From positions 14,694,001-14,758,000 of the forward strand of contig CM022668.1 of assembly GCA_012295275.1 (NCBI GenBank): a stretch of 64,000 nucleotides of DNA, read 5' to 3'. This document shows, one piece after another, positions 28,836 through 43,546 of the stretch; within the stretch, counting starts at the first letter, position 1; each line of letters opens with the position of its first letter. Source of the stretch: Chrysomallon squamiferum. Lineage: Eukaryota; Animalia; Mollusca. The notes below the pieces were generated by a model. That model saw nothing but the letters and a program-made list of their open reading frames with translations. It was not told the origin of the DNA and did no database searches. The position numbers and the translations under genes were made by a program.

Positions 28836-31294
28836 CTAAGAGAGAAAAAGAAAGTTTGCATATATGTGTTCTAAAATGTTTCAGTACGAGCAAAATATTG
28901 AAAAATAAGTTTCAAAATTAAGAAAGAAGAATATAAATTCCACTAATATACTCTTTATCAAGAAAATACCTAAAGTTGATAAAGTGATTAATTACTTTAT
29001 TTGTTACAATTTAATTAAATTCAAAATGTTTCACCTGAATCCAAAGTTTCTACTTTTCTAAATTTAATAAAATTCTAAAACTGAATTTAACTCGGGCTGT
29101 TCACTAAAGAATTACTTTTTTATAGCCGCTTGACGAGAAAATACGAGAAAACGTATTTTCCCGAAAACTCATATTTCAGATGACTCAGTTTCTTTTATCA
29201 GTGAAGAGGTTAACTAACTCTCTGACATGTGTAATATCTCTAAATAACAACGCGCAAACCAAGTATGACATAACAGATATTAATACAATGAATCATTGTG
29301 TACATTGCGGGTTCCTATAAATTAATTTCCTATAAATTAATTTCACATTCTTATGACCTTTAACACTAAGAGAAAAAAAAAGAAAAGAAAAAGGTTGCAT
29401 ATATATGTTATAAAATGTTTCATAACGAACTTCAAAAAAAACTCCAGTTATACCGTCTTTATTAACTTCAAGTATTTTCTTCATGGTAATTATTTTTAAT
29501 TAATAATTAATTAATAATCAACAACTGAGCATGATGAAAATACTTAAAGTTGATACACTGATTAATTAATTTATTTATTACAATTTAATTAAATTTAAAA
29601 TGTCTTACCCGAAGCCATAGTTTGTCTTTTTCTAAAGTTTATAAAATGCCAAAACTGAATTCAGCTTGGGCTGTTCACTAAAGAATACAAATACTCGTTG
29701 GTGCTTTATTATATAAGCGTTGATGAAACAGCACTGCTCCTGAGAAAAACGTATTTCCCCGAGAAAAACGTATTTCCCCGAAAACTCGTATTTCTATGAC
29801 TCTCCATTTTTGGTGAACATCTGTATGAACTCTCTGACATGTAATATCGCTAAATAGCAACGCGCAAAGCAATTTTGACATAACAGCTATTAATACATTA
29901 AATTCTTGTGTACTTGTGGCTTTTAAATTAAAATTAAAATAATGATGTAATAAATATGTTATTTTATCATATATTACTAGAATCATGCATGCATATGAAC
30001 CACATATAGTATGAAACAACACATTTAACATGGAAGTTTTGTAATGGCTGAACTCCTGTTTCATACATCTCTTCTGTTTCTATACTCCTGTCGTAAACAA
30101 TGAAAAAATGTAATAATAATAAAAAAGCCGTTGCTAAAGTTCCCTTTTTATATATATATTATGTTTTAGATGTTGTTTGTTTTAACACACACACACATCT
30201 ATATATAAACATTAGTTATTACATTTTGTGTTTGCAGCATTGTGACGGACGTTTGTTTGACTATGTTATGGCTACACAATAATGTAGCTTTCAACCAATT
30301 TATTTAGAAGATTTCTATGTATATCTTAGTATGTGTATTTATATTTATATGTGTTGTATAATGTTTATTACTAGGAGTACTACAAGTCTCATTATTACTG
30401 CTACTGCTACTATTTCTTTTACTATTGTATAATTATTATCATTATTAATATTATTTTATTTACTAATTAGTGTTATTATTAGTAGTAAGTAATATCTGAT
30501 AGCTGGAGTGAATATTTGTGTTGTTCTTAATATTTAACATTGATATACATATTTTTGGTATTTTATAATCAAAACAACACTACTGATCAAAAGCGGGAAA
30601 ATAGAGAAAGATGGAAAGAGGGACCATATATATATATATATATGTTTATAATGTATGGTTTTGTAGAATCATATGTATGGTAAAAGATCAAACTGATAAT
30701 GACAAGTGAAAGATATAACTGTCTTACAGTTGGTTTCTCCTTTTTAGTCTTCAGCAATGGATCTTTTCTCTGTGGCTTCTCATTGACTAAAAGAACATTT
30801 GTCCTTGATGTATATGCTCCAAGACCAATGTCACTGAAACAAAAGCCACTCCTGAAAAAAAAACCAAAAAAATAAAAACACGAAATTAAACCGACACAGA
30901 AAAGAAAGTAGAAAAAAAAAAAAAGACACAGTGACAGACAGATCAACAATTGAGGTCAGAAAGGTTGATGATTTGGAAACTCATGTAACTCGGTACATCC
31001 GGCATAGCATATGTCACTGATGCACATTAGTATTGCAGAATGTAAAAATAGTTAGTTAGAAATATAAACATTTGATTATTTGTATTTTAAATCAATAAAT
31101 CAATGCTAATTATTTTATAAGTTGTAGGGCTGAATATTTATTCTTCATAAATAGTGAAATAGGATACTGTAATAAAGAAACAAGAGTATATTAATATAGA
31201 TGTGAGTAGACACAACAACAGCAATAATAATAAAATGTCTACCAGATTAAAATATACAGTAACGTATTACATATTAACAACACCATGATGAAAG

Positions 31295-31335
<41 letters not shown>

Positions 31336-31342
31336 TGCAAAC

Positions 31343-31480
31343 ATGGTACCTTCATTTATGAGTTTAATTCCTTCCATGACCAAGCTCGTAACTCAAATTT
31401 GCTCATATATTAAATCAATTTTCCAAATTGAAGTTAATTGAAATATCACTAATCTCTTCCAGTGCCCCCAAAACACCTCA
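31343..31480 (-). mobile_element. 3'-end fragment of the same Tigger-type element, inverted
   Basis: Reverse complement resembles 4345-4478 (gagttacgagct...ggtca...attaaa-tc-taa...ggtacca). Confidence 0.65.
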
Positions 31481-31833
31481 TTCTCTGTAATGTGTTTCTG
31501 AATAAGAAAAATATATGTATAAATGACAAATATTGTATAAAACAAAATAAAAGAGAAGGTAAAGAAACAAACTGATTTTGTAAAGTCATGTTATTCAGGA
31601 AGATGCCATCAGCCATGTCAATAAATTATTCAGGAAAATGTGCTGTTTTCTTAATTCACACAATTACAGGTCTGTGAATTGGTATTGGTTAGTTTTTTCC
31701 CCTCATGTATACATAAAAAGATAGGTTTGGAAGTATATAGGAAGAAAAATGCAAACATTCATTCACACATAGATAGACGGATATAATTAAATACAGAGAG
31801 AAAAACGTACATCGTTTTTTACTGTTGTTCTAG

Positions 31834-33668
31834 GTGATGACCTGATTCCAGTTTCTGAAAAATAAGGAAATGTTTTGAACGACAGGTGAGCATCATTAAA
31901 TCACTACTTGATTTATTTACTTAGTATCAGATTAAACAAAAATACATTAATTCACGTCTGAACAAAATCCTATGAAATATTATAAATCAAGTTAAAGTAA
32001 TTAGTCAAAGTGCCAAAATGCCAAAGAATTGGGTTAAATAAATAAATAAACAACATATGAATGAATGATTGTTTAACGACACAAGCTCATTTACATAAGA
32101 AAATAAATAAAAGATTATATCTATAAAGTTATGTTGCATAATACGTGCAGGTGTGTGTACAGATGTATCTACACAAATTCAAACAAAAATACATATACTG
32201 TAATAGTGGGATGAAATTTGTATTCTCAGATTTTATGTTTGTTTTACCTTTCTTTTTAAAACTGGAAAGAGTCCACCCATCAAAAAAAGTCGAACCATCA
32301 CAACAGGTCGAGCCAAAAATTCGTGGAGATTCATCGATGTGTGGTATCTGTATCAGTTTGTAAATATTGGTCATGCAATAAATTAAATAAAACACAAAAT
32401 CATTAATACGGTAATGTTGTTCATATAGTTTATATCTGTTAATGGATTTACTATACCATGTCGCTGACGTTGCAGCAAGAGTACTAGAAGTATCAAAAGT
32501 TGTATTGATTAAACCTTTAGTTATAGTAATAGTAGTAGGAAGAGTAGTAATAGTAGCTGTATATAGTTGTAATATTAGCTGTAGAAAGAATAGTTATAGT
32601 AGCTGTATAGAGAATAGTAATAGTAGCTGTACAAAGAATAGTAATAGTAGCTGTATATAGTAGTACTATTAGCTGTAGAAAGAATAGTAATAGTAGCTGT
32701 ATAGAGAATAGTAATAGTAGCTGTACAAAGAATAGTAATAGTAGCTGTATATAGTAGTAATAGTAGCTGTATAGAGAACAGTTATAGTAGCTGTAGAGGG
32801 TGTATTAATAATAGTTGTAGATAGAACAGCAACAGTAGTTTTGTTGAGAGTTCACAATAGTAGTGGTAGAGAGAAAGGTAGTAGTGGCTGTGTTCAGAGT
32901 ATTAATAGCAGCTGTAGACAAAGTAACAATAGTAGAGGGTATGATTCGATGGTTGTAATGGTAGTATAAGTACAGAGAATGGTAATAATATTGGTTATAA
33001 TGTAGCGATAATAGTATTTCCGGTAATGGAAATGAAAATAATAATGATGATTGTTTAATATTAACAACAACAACAACAACAAAAACATAAAAATAATGTC
33101 TTCATTTCTATTTTGACAGAATTTGAAATTCTCTGAAATTCCCTTTCCAACAGTGAACTGCGTTTTGTATTGATTGGGATTACTAGCTTAGGAAAAAATG
33201 CGTCAACCTGCACAGTAAAACACAAAATCCTATTTGGTCATGACATTGTCATCATTTATATGCCAGGAGCATTTGACACTAAACCCAAGAAAATGGTGGT
33301 AAATATTATAAATCAGAATTATTGGAAGCAGCAGGAAAAGAAGTACAGAAGTGTAAAGAAGAAATATTAAAAAGATACTGGTAGAAATTGAAAAAGAACC
33401 CAGTATCATGTGGAACTCGAAATGGAAAGACAAACACAAATAAAAATGGAAAACGAAAGGCAAAAATGAATGGAAGAAATTGAAAATGCACAGAAACAAC
33501 TAGAAACAGATCTTAAGGCAAAAGAAGACCAGAAAAGAAGTCAGAAAAGAAGTGAAAAAGGAATCAGAAGCAGACTGCAGAATCATTGATACTGTCAGAG
33601 ATGCTGCTACATTATTTGCTGGAAATTTTGCTGTTAATACATTTAAGACTGTCGGGAAATGGCTTTAA
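31834..33668 (+). pseudogene. Heavily deleted GIMAP pseudogene in inverted orientation
   Basis: Exon a homolog 31834-31885 (52 nt, frameshifted), exon b homolog about 32262-32343 (...QVEPKIRGDSSMC|GT), then ELRFVLIGITSLGKNAS/TCTVKHKILFGHDIVIIYMPGAFDT fused near 33283 to KNGGKYYKSELLEAA. Most of the G domain is missing; the tail ends ...TVGKWL*. Confidence 0.85.
32530..32940. repeat. Related minisatellite, inverted (TAGTAGCTGTATAGAGAATAGTAA)
   Basis: 21-24 bp units in the equivalent intron of the + strand pseudogene. Confidence 0.8.
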
Positions 33669-34892
33669 ATGCATTCAAGTTTATTTTTGGCAAATGAGCC
33701 TCAGTAATATGTTGGAGATAAAAAAATGAAAACAAAGAACTAACCAGTGATCTGAATATCAGTATCGTCATAACTGTTGCCGACATCTCTTCTGTTTATG
33801 TATTCCTGTCAAAAATAAATAAAAAAATAAATAAATAAAACCACACCATTGCTATATTTTTTCTTTATATGTTAGAAAGAGAGAAAGACAGAAAAAGGGA
33901 GAATATATATATATATAAATAAAACCTATGGTAAAATATCAAATTGATAATGAAAGTGAAAGATATAACTGTCTTACAGTTGGGTTATCTTTTTTAGTCT
34001 TCAGCAATGGATCTTTTTTCTGCACCTTCTCACTGACAGGAAGAACGTTTGTCCACTCCTGAAAAAAAAGACACAAAATTAAACTGACTCACATAAAAAG
34101 AAAAAGAACAGAAACAGAGACAGACAAATCAGAAATGTTGATGATTTGGAAATTCATGTAACATAGTACATCCGGTATTGCACACATAATTGGTGCACAT
34201 TAATATTGCAGAATATAAAACTGAATTAGTTAGGAATATAAACATTTGATTATCCGTATTATAAATCAATGCTAATTATTTTATAAAATGTAAAATGTCG
34301 TGTTAAATATTTATTCTTCATAAATAGTGAAATAGGATACTGTAATAAAGAAAGAAGCGTGCATTAATAATAATAAATTAATAATATATATGTGAATAGA
34401 CAGAATAATAATAATATGCCTACCAGTTTAAAATATATCATGAACAATAACATATTACATATTATGTAAATTCAGAATAAAAAAAAACATTAAAATACAA
34501 TGATAAAAAATTTAAAAAAGTGTAACAACGAGAACAGCAGACCAAGAACAACGCAACATCAACCAACAAGAACTAAACAAAAATTAATAAATAAATATTC
34601 AAAATGTAAACATCAACAATATCGTTATAGCCAAAATCGAAGAGAGTACCTTTAAACAACGAATAATTTGTTCACCTTTCATATCGATAACAACAGGAGG
34701 ACAAAGAACAACAACAACGTCGACAACTAAAGTAGCCAAAATCCAGCAAGCACGAGCTTTCGGGATACCAAAAAACAACTAAAGTTCTCTCCCTTGAATT
34801 GCAATATCCTACGCATTTAATTTCGCCCTCCTAGTGGGAGCACCCTTTTTTTGTTTATGGACTGCGTGGAACAAGGCAACATTTTTTTGATT

Positions 34893-34948
<56 letters not shown>

Positions 34949-35039
34949 ATTATTATTATTATTATTACTGTTCACAGTCGAATACGGACACGTCAAAGTT
35001 GTCGTACCTTGATATCATAACCTAAGATTTTGTACTGTT

Positions 35040-35800
35040 AGATGCATTAAATATAGTTGCAATATAAAAGAAATTACTATGTTATCTTATAAACAGTAAC
35101 AAGAAATTTGCTTACAAAAGCGCTGGAAATGGATTTAAAACAGATTTAGACGAAAGATCGAACCGAGTTTATTAAAGATATATACATTAAAATGTGCAAT
35201 TAATTTATGATATAATGCAGTATCTCAAATGTCACAAAATACCAGGACTGCTGGTACCAGTGGAATTTGAGAAAGCCTTTACTCAGTGTGTTTGAAGTTT
35301 TTACCCAGACAGATGTACATATTTTTAACCTTAAATCATGAGTAAAGAAAATGGATGAAACTTTTGAAAATAATTCAATGGCGACAGTTTTAGAAATTGG
35401 ATGTTTGGAACAACGTTAATCGGTAAAGAGAATAAAGACAAAACGATTTACTTCCTCCTTATCTTTTGATAAAAATGCTCTAAAATACTAGCATATTATT
35501 TACACATTCAAACAGTGTCAGACGTATAGATAGCAGATGCTCATAAATTATATTATTTTCCGGTATATCACAGCCTGTATCTTGGATCATTAATCTCAAT
35601 ATTTTGACAGTATAATATCACATTGTCCTTATATATTTATAGTATGTTCTGAAGTATTAACATTAGTCATTACAATTGCAAACGATGTCAAATGTATCGA
35701 TTGTATATGAAGGAAATTGTGTTGTTTCCCAGAATCCAGATGACACAACATTTATTTTAGACAAATTACCCCAATCCTTTTTATGCTGAGTGAACACACA
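35040..35800 (+). mobile_element. Inverted duplicate of the L1/Tx1 RT remnant
   Basis: Reverse complement of about 8970-9830: aattaatttatgatataatgca at 35198, gaatttgagaaagccttt at 35263, cagatgacacaac at 35737. Confidence 0.75.
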
Positions 35801-35873
35801 CAGAATTTCATTAGGTTCTATAATAATGATCATAATGACGATTACAATAATGATGAAGATGTTGCTGCTTCTG

Positions 35874-35948
<75 letters not shown>

Positions 35949-36133
35949 GTTATTATTTATCGTTACATTTGAATAACATGAAAACTATTCAGTCAAAAAT
36001 CTATAATGACTGAGTCCACTACATGCTACCGAGAAGGCAATTTTTTGTTTAATTCCTCGCCATAGAACTGAATTGTGCTGTTTTAGAGGTAAAATTCCCG
36101 ATCTGCCTTAGAAATTTTCACAAACACATTTCT

Positions 36134-36221
36134 ACATACATACATACATATATACATACATACATACATACATACATACATACATACACACATACATACA
36201 TACATACATATATACATACAT
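36134..36221. repeat. (TACA)n microsatellite
   Basis: Directly visible. Confidence 0.9.
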
Positions 36222-36446
36222 ATAAATATAGTGTATGGGTGTATGTGGTATACATTCGTGCGCTTGTATGTGAGTGTGTTTGCTTATATGTATTTCCATA
36301 TTTATGACATCAAACAATATCGACAATTGCTCACTGTAAAGATTAATATTTCTCGCAAGAAAATGTGTTACTGATTGAATACCTTTACAGTTTTCTGTGG
36401 CTAAACAATCTGTTAAATGATATAAATATTATTTAGAAAATATATA

Positions 36447-37145
36447 CCGTGGAACCTCGACTTACGAATGCTCAAGCTTACAAGTCTTCGGAGTTTCGAG
36501 CAGTCGTTGGTCGAGTTTTTGCTTTGAGTGGCGAGCCAAAGTTCGATTTACGAGCGAGCTTCACACACGCGGCTACTAGTTGGCGCAACGAACAACATAA
36601 CATCCGCCCAGCATCCCGCGTCTCACTCGTTTGCTTCACCTGGTATCCTCGGCGTGCAAGCATATCTGTTGTGTTGTGCTCGTTTTGTGTAGTATTTTGC
36701 CAAAGTTCCATTGACCCTAAGAAAGTGAGTGCTAAAGTCAATGCTGACAAGGAGAACCGCGAGGTGTGCATTTAGTCAACAGTGGTAGTCAGTACGAACG
36801 TAGTACTTTTACGATATGTACCATACTGAAGCAGAAGGAGTCGATAAGGGCTATTATCTCTAGCCAAAGGAGATAAAATAATTTCTAAGCTGCAGACCTC
36901 TGATCATGAAAAGATCGATAAACCCTAACCCTGTACACTTTACAAAGCCCATTTATTTCTTTACATTCTCTTTTTTTTTTTTTTTTTTTTAAATATTTGT
37001 CATTTATACACATATTGTTCTGATTTAAAAATACATTTAAAAAAAATTGGTGTCTTCTGGGGGGGGGCTGGAACGGATTAATGGTATTTCAAATAATTTC
37101 ATTTGGTGACGGAACGCTTTACAGTCGTAATTCAAGGTACCACTG
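36447..37145 (+). mobile_element. Second copy of the Tigger-type deletion derivative
   Basis: TA|CCGTGGAACCTCGACTTACGA ... TCGTAATTCAAGGTACCACTG; interior colinear with 3709-4478 but more decayed. Confidence 0.88.
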
Positions 37146-37838
37146 CATTTTCTTTTGAAGAAACTATGTTATATAAATGCACGAAATGTAGTAATTCCAA
37201 AATATAAACAGAATACAAACAAAACTAAAGTTATGCTTTGCAAATACTTTTAGACTAATAATATTAATATTAACACACCTACTTGTATCGGTTGGTAAAT
37301 TTTGTTTTAGTCTGTTGATGGTACAGTTTGAAAGAGAGGTTAAAAAAAAAGAGAAGAAATGCTGATCGATCCACTATTGTGCTGTCGAGAATGAAACTGG
37401 ACACGCGCCGTTCCACATGATTAAGTCTCACAGTAGACAATGATCATTTTGCACTATCTCGAGTTTAGGATGATCGTATCATCCTCAGTTGTGTCGCCGT
37501 CATGGTCGTTGTGGTTGTTGTCGGTGTTGCTGGTTTTTGACATGTTTATTCTTTTGTATAGTATTTGTTTGTGTACTGTATGTATTTATTTATGCGTAGT
37601 TTCATTAACAGATAACGTTTTACATCATTTTGAGCATCTTACAAGGAAGGGTGTGTCTGAAATCATGTACTGAATAATGAAGGTGGTGTGCTGTTTGTAT
37701 TTATTTCATAATATAAAGGTATGACTAAATTATGGCTCAGTAGAAACGTTATGATGCGGCAAAAATAACATAAAATACATTTTACATAATTATTTGTCAC
37801 CTCAATTTCAATGTGCTAAAACTGCAAACTTAATATTA

Positions 37839-37941
<103 letters not shown>

Positions 37942-38559
37942 ATTGTGTGTATATATAAATGTATGCATGTCTATATGAATGTGTGTATATGTATATATGT
38001 GTATATGTAAATATGCATATGTGTGTGAACTATGTATTATTTTAAGTTAAATAAATCGTTGTTGTTACAGTACTAGACATATCATAATGGCGTTATCAAG
38101 CTTGCACATTCACTTTCTTTTCTGACTGAAGTATAATATTACTTCATAAAAAAATAAAAATAGTTTTTAAAAAAAACCAAAAAAAAAACCAACTACATAC
38201 CATACTCTTTCATTTTCAGTGACAGTATGTGAGTGAATCGTCAAGACCCTTTATTAACTATTTATTTATTATTATTATTTTTTTTATCCTCGAAAGTTAC
38301 TCACGGTAGTGATAACGCCCCTCCACTATGTACGTCCTTGAATACCTCCCCCAATTCGTCCCTCTCTACATTCATAGAGTTCTTCTGTTGTCGTAAATGT
38401 CGTATTACGACTACAACAGTGTTGTAACAGTGTCGTTGTAGGTGAGGATGCAGTAAGCATCAGTAATTATGATTTAAATAAACCCTTAGTGTGAAATTGA
38501 ATTTTCTTGCGTGGCCTTTTCAGATCGGTTACAGGTGACATTTACAAATAAAAGACAAA

Positions 38560-39730
38560 ATGAAGAAATCCTGTATAGTCATTTCACATCTTGTTACTGT
38601 TGTTCATGGCTTTGGGTCACTGTAGATGTCGTTGTCGTGGAGTTCGGTCATGTTAATTGTTGTTGTTGTTGCTGTGGTCATTGTCATACTTTTTGATAAT
38701 CTTAATTGTAGGGATTGTTCTTGATTTGAATCATTAATTTTTATTATTATTATTATTACTATTTTTTATGCATTTTAGTAATCTTTATTGCTGTTGTTTT
38801 ATGAATTTTTTTGTCATTTTAATTGTGGACATTCTTTTTTTTTATGTTTTATGAATGTGAGTAATTTTAATTGTTGTTATGGATTTAGGTATTTTTTTAT
38901 TTAAATTTTTTTATAGTAAATTTTGGTTATTTTTGTTGTTATTCTCCTTGATTTTGTTGTATCAATTGTCGTTGTCGTTGTTTGGTAATTTCAGTTGTTG
39001 TGTGGTGGATTTTGATTGTTTTAGTCTTGGAGTTGGGTTATATTTGCTATTGTTGTTGTTATCAGACTGGATTTTGGTCATATTTGTTTTTGCTACTATG
39101 GTTAAGGATTTAGGTTAGTATAACTGCTATGATTGTTGGTGTTGTCGTTGCTGTTGTTTTCGTAGATTTTCCTCATTTCTGGTTCCGTAGTTATTGCTGT
39201 TTGTTGGTGAACTGGTGGTGGTCATATTAATCGTTGTTGTTCTTCGAATTTTTTGTCATAACCGTATTTGTTGTCGTCTCGTCGCTGATTTGTATTTCTA
39301 TCATTTCTGTAGTTGTTGCTGCGGTTGTGGAATTTGGTCACATTGATTGTTGTTGCTGTCACTGTTTTTTTACTTATATTCAGGCCATTATTTTTTTGTT
39401 TTTATTCCTCAGTGCTTAATGTATTTGGATTTATTTATTTATTTATTTATTTATTGTTGTTTTTGTTGTTCTGAGTTTTAATTATATTAGTTATTGTTCT
39501 TGCTGTTGTCATGTATTTGAAATAATTTATTTATTTATTGTTTTGTTTCTGTAGTCGTTGTTGTTGTTGCTGTCGTTGGTTTTTATTATATTAGTTATTC
39601 TTCTTGCTTTGTCATATAATTCTGTTTATTTATTTATTTATTTATTTAGGTTTTTATTATATTACCTGTTCTTCTTGCTGTTGTCATGTATTTCTGTTTA
39701 TTTATTGTTGTTGTTTCTTGTTGTTGACTC
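38560..39730. repeat. Degenerate TTG/TTA-rich low-complexity region
   Basis: Recurrent gttgttg...attttggtcat sub-units; strong T/G strand bias. Confidence 0.6.
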
Positions 39731-39984
39731 TCCAGTTGAAGCCACAACAGCATTGTGCATTTTAAGTAAAATAAGGTAATACTTGGACCTTTCTGAAGAT
39801 GAATATTTAGTTTGCGATGTAGGAACAATAAACCATTTATTTAGTAGTTTGTAGTTTATTTTTCTTCCCACTAGCACTTTCTTTTATAACGTAACTGTAT
39901 TTAACACGTCTAACAATATAATGGCCTAAGACTATGAGAACAAGGTACCGAAACAACAACAACAACAACAATAACAACAACAAC

Positions 39985-40042
<58 letters not shown>

Positions 40043-41336
40043 TATCAGTGCTTGTATCAAAGAGTGTTGCGTTGCTCCACACAGATCATAAAATGAAGGT
40101 GCTCCGACAAAGAGGGCGAAATTAAAGTCGTACGATGTTACAATTCAAGGGAGACAACTTAATAAAAAAGAATGTTTTTTTTTTTTGTATCACGATTTCT
40201 CGTCTTTAGCTTTCGTTGTCGCTGGAGTTTGATTACTTTAGTTGTCGTTGTAGTTGTTGTAGTTGTTGCTGCTTTTGTTCTGAAATGTGATAAAACTCTT
40301 TGTTGTTTGAAGGTGTTATCCTAGATTTTGGTTATAATGATGTTGTTGATGTCTACGTTTATTTATTTATTTATATATTTATTTATTTTGTTCTCATTGG
40401 TTGATGTTGCTTTGTTCTTCGCCTGCCGTTCTCGGTGTTGTCACTTTTTATCTTTTTATTTTAATCTTTTGTATCAGAATTGACACACACACACACATAC
40501 ACACACACATTTAGTTTCATTATGGTTTTGTTAATATGTAATACATTACTGTTCATGATATTTAGTTAACTACTAGGTATATTATTATTATTGCTGCTGC
40601 TATTGTTGTTTGTGTCCACATACATATATAATCATGTACTCTTGTTTCTTTATTACACCAACCTAGCTCACTATTTTTGTAGCATAAATATTTATCACGA
40701 GGACACATAAAATGATTAACATTAACCTATTGATTTATCCGTTTTTTTTTTTTTTTAGCGACTTTTCCTGGGTGCACTGTTCGTTAAAAGACTTGTTCTT
40801 GTTTATAATAGCTATATTATTAAACAACTTGTAATGTATATATTTAACTCATTAAGTAAAATTACTATTTACATTTACACTTGTCGTTTCTTTGTTCTTG
40901 GAATTTGAGACAGAAATGCACAAGGCTAATAATAAACCCCACCCTCCGATATGAAAAGAAAGTAGTGAGTTGTTGTCTGAAAAATACATTAATGTTGGTT
41001 TTTACACGTGAATGTAAACGCAACACAATTATAAATCCTGCTGAAATGCTTTAATACACCAGACATTTTAATTTTTAACATTGTATTTATATGGTGATCA
41101 ATTAAAATGGCGCAGGTGAAAACACGCATCGTAGTGCACATGGATATAAATAAACATTGTGATGTTGCTTTGTCTGTGTGTTGGAGGCGGATCTTTGAGC
41201 GTTACCTTATATTTTGTATAGTCTAGCTTTACAAGGGGTGGGTGCTTGATTTTGATCGAAATGGTTTTGGGTATTTGGATTTATAAGCTATGGAAATTTT
41301 GACAGCTCAAGGTGTACGAACTCGATTTAAAATTAG

Positions 41337-41466
<130 letters not shown>

Positions 41467-42338
41467 AGGTTCACGGAATATAATAAAATAGCCTGAAAAC
41501 AGGATCTTAGTATAAATATAAATTCTATTTATATTTCAGATACAGCTTATATAAATATAACATTTTAAATAATTTTGTTCATAAAATCGAATCTCCGTTC
41601 CATCTTTGTCTCTTTCTTCCTATTTCCACCGATCTGTCTCGTTTTAATGATAAAGAACGAAAAAATATATTTCAATTTTAAATATTAAACAACTAATTTT
41701 ATTTTCTTTCTTAAATGATACAGAAAAAAAATTGGTTAATTATATATTAAGAAACATATATTGTCTACAGTTACAATAATACTATTAGAGCGAGTAGTAA
41801 TAATAAAAATAATAATTACAATAATAGTAGTAGTAGTAGCTGTAAAAATTATAATAATAGTAACTATAGCGATAATAATAATAATAATCATGCGAAAATA
41901 ATAATAATAACTGTACAATAGTGGTAAATAAATATAAATATACACACCAAGATATATATAGAAATTTACTAAATAAATTGGTCCAAACCTGCATTGAGTA
42001 AGCACTATATAGATTAATGTTTGTAACACAATGTTTTTCAAAACCGTTTGAATTATTTTCTTTTAAGATTGTTTGTTCCATAGATAAGATATATTTACAA
42101 TGCTAAGAAACAAAACAAAACAAAACAATTAGAATTTGATGTTCAAATATATAAGATTAAATTAACATCTATTAATGTTTTTTTCAACACAAATAAAAAA
42201 CCGAATCTTTTACAATATTTATGACAAAGTTAATATTCAGTTCAGTAGTTAGTTTTTCGTTCTCTTTAATAAAAAAAATATTATTAGATTATTTTCTGTT
42301 ATTTTATATTTTATGTCTGACATCTTACTGGGGCTTAT

Positions 42339-43546
42339 TTACCCAAAAATAGATTTCCATACATATGTAACCCCTCCGCCTACAGCAGAAACTGCACCTA
42401 CAACGGTGTTTTCAATAGCATTTCCAACAGCACCCAGGAAAGTTTGGTTTGTTTCTGCCTCTTTTCTAACTTCATTTCTTGTCTGTCTTCTAATTTCTTC
42501 TTCTTTTGCTTTGAGTGCCTCTTTTTCTTTTCTTTGTCTTTCTTTTTCTAATTCCTCCAGTGTAAGTTTTTCCCTCATCCTAATCATCTCCTGCTCCTCT
42601 TCCATTTCTTCCATTTTTCTCCTAAGTTCTTCCTGATACTGCTTTTCTATTCTTTGCAGTTCTCGTTCTCTCGCTTTCTCCTCCATTACTTTCTGTTGCA
42701 GTTTTCTCATTTCTTCTTCTTTCTCTTTCATTATTTCCTCTTCGCGTTTTCTCATCTCTTCTTCTTTCTCCTTCATTATTCTCTCCTCGCGTTCTTTGGC
42801 TTCTTTTTTATTTTTTTCCATTTCTTCCTTGAATTGTTTCTCAATTTTTTCTCGCTCCTTTTGCATTTTTTGTTCTTTTGCTTTCATTTTTTCTTGTTCA
42901 CGCTTTTGTACTTCCCTTTCAGCTACTTTCAATAATTCCGATTTATAAAATTCGCCATTATGTTTTTTCACGTTTTCTTTTATCATGTTGATCAGCTGAA
43001 GAACCATTTTTTCTTTCTTATTCTGATCATTGTCGCGATTGTTGAATCCGACATATCTTCTTCCACATTTGTCGATTAATTCTTCTAGGTTCTGTGGTGC
43101 CGTAGAAAGAAAACCTTCTAGATTTTTTCCGTCGTATTCAAGATCGTCTACTCGGGTGAACAGCAAGAACAGGTAATCAAACAATGCCTTTCCAAATACT
43201 TGATTTAAGTATTGAACTGTATTTTGTTCTTCCGTAGTAAACCTCTTTGCCTGCATAACCATGATGAAAGCATGTGGTCCTGGAGCACTCATCGTTATAC
43301 ACTGGATGATTTCTTTCGTAATCTCTCCGTGTGAACGTTCAGTATCGAATGCTCCTGGTGTATCAACGATGACAATGTCGTGACCAAATCGAGTTTTGTA
43401 TTCTACCTTGCAGGTTGCAGTAACTGAAGAAGCACTAGCTTCAGAATGAAAACATACCTCTCCTAGGATGGTATTTGCTGACGCACTTTTTCCTGAGCCA
43501 GTAATCCCAATCAAAACAAGCCGTAGTTCATTCTTAGTAACCGAAT
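42339..43546 (-). CDS. GIMAP: GIMAP/AIG1-family GTPase, terminal coding exon: canonical G domain, coiled coil and hydrophobic/amphipathic C-terminal tail
   Basis: ORF 42339..43571 has G1 GITGSGKS, ANTILG, G2 SVT, G3 DTPG, SAPGPHAF, arginine-finger RFT, G4 TRVD, G5 FNN, a long E/K/R coiled coil and tail ...VVGAVSAVGGGVTYVWKSIFG. The 5' boundary is probably the acceptor ttctttcAG (AG at 43548-43547, phase 1), conserved in the paralog at 26241; the ORF-track ATG at 43571 is then intronic. Confidence 0.95.

Larger units (their letters stand above)
30060..36090. repeat. Inverted segmental duplication of a GIMAP unit with flanks
   Basis: 33930-36090 is the reverse complement of about 8270-10930 (e.g. 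34790-34845 vs 9970-10032); 30600-31300 is another inverted monomer; the GIMAP pseudogene lies between them on +. Confidence 0.85.

Noticed and set aside
40090-40160. GAPTKRAKLKSYDVTIQGR-like coding motif repeated in array monomers
   Set aside because: Too short, no consistent acceptor; more plausibly the remnant end of an interspersed repeat.
41090-41260. Promoter-like stretch with YY1-like AAAATGGCG
   Set aside because: A single short motif with no linked exon or ORF; insufficient evidence.
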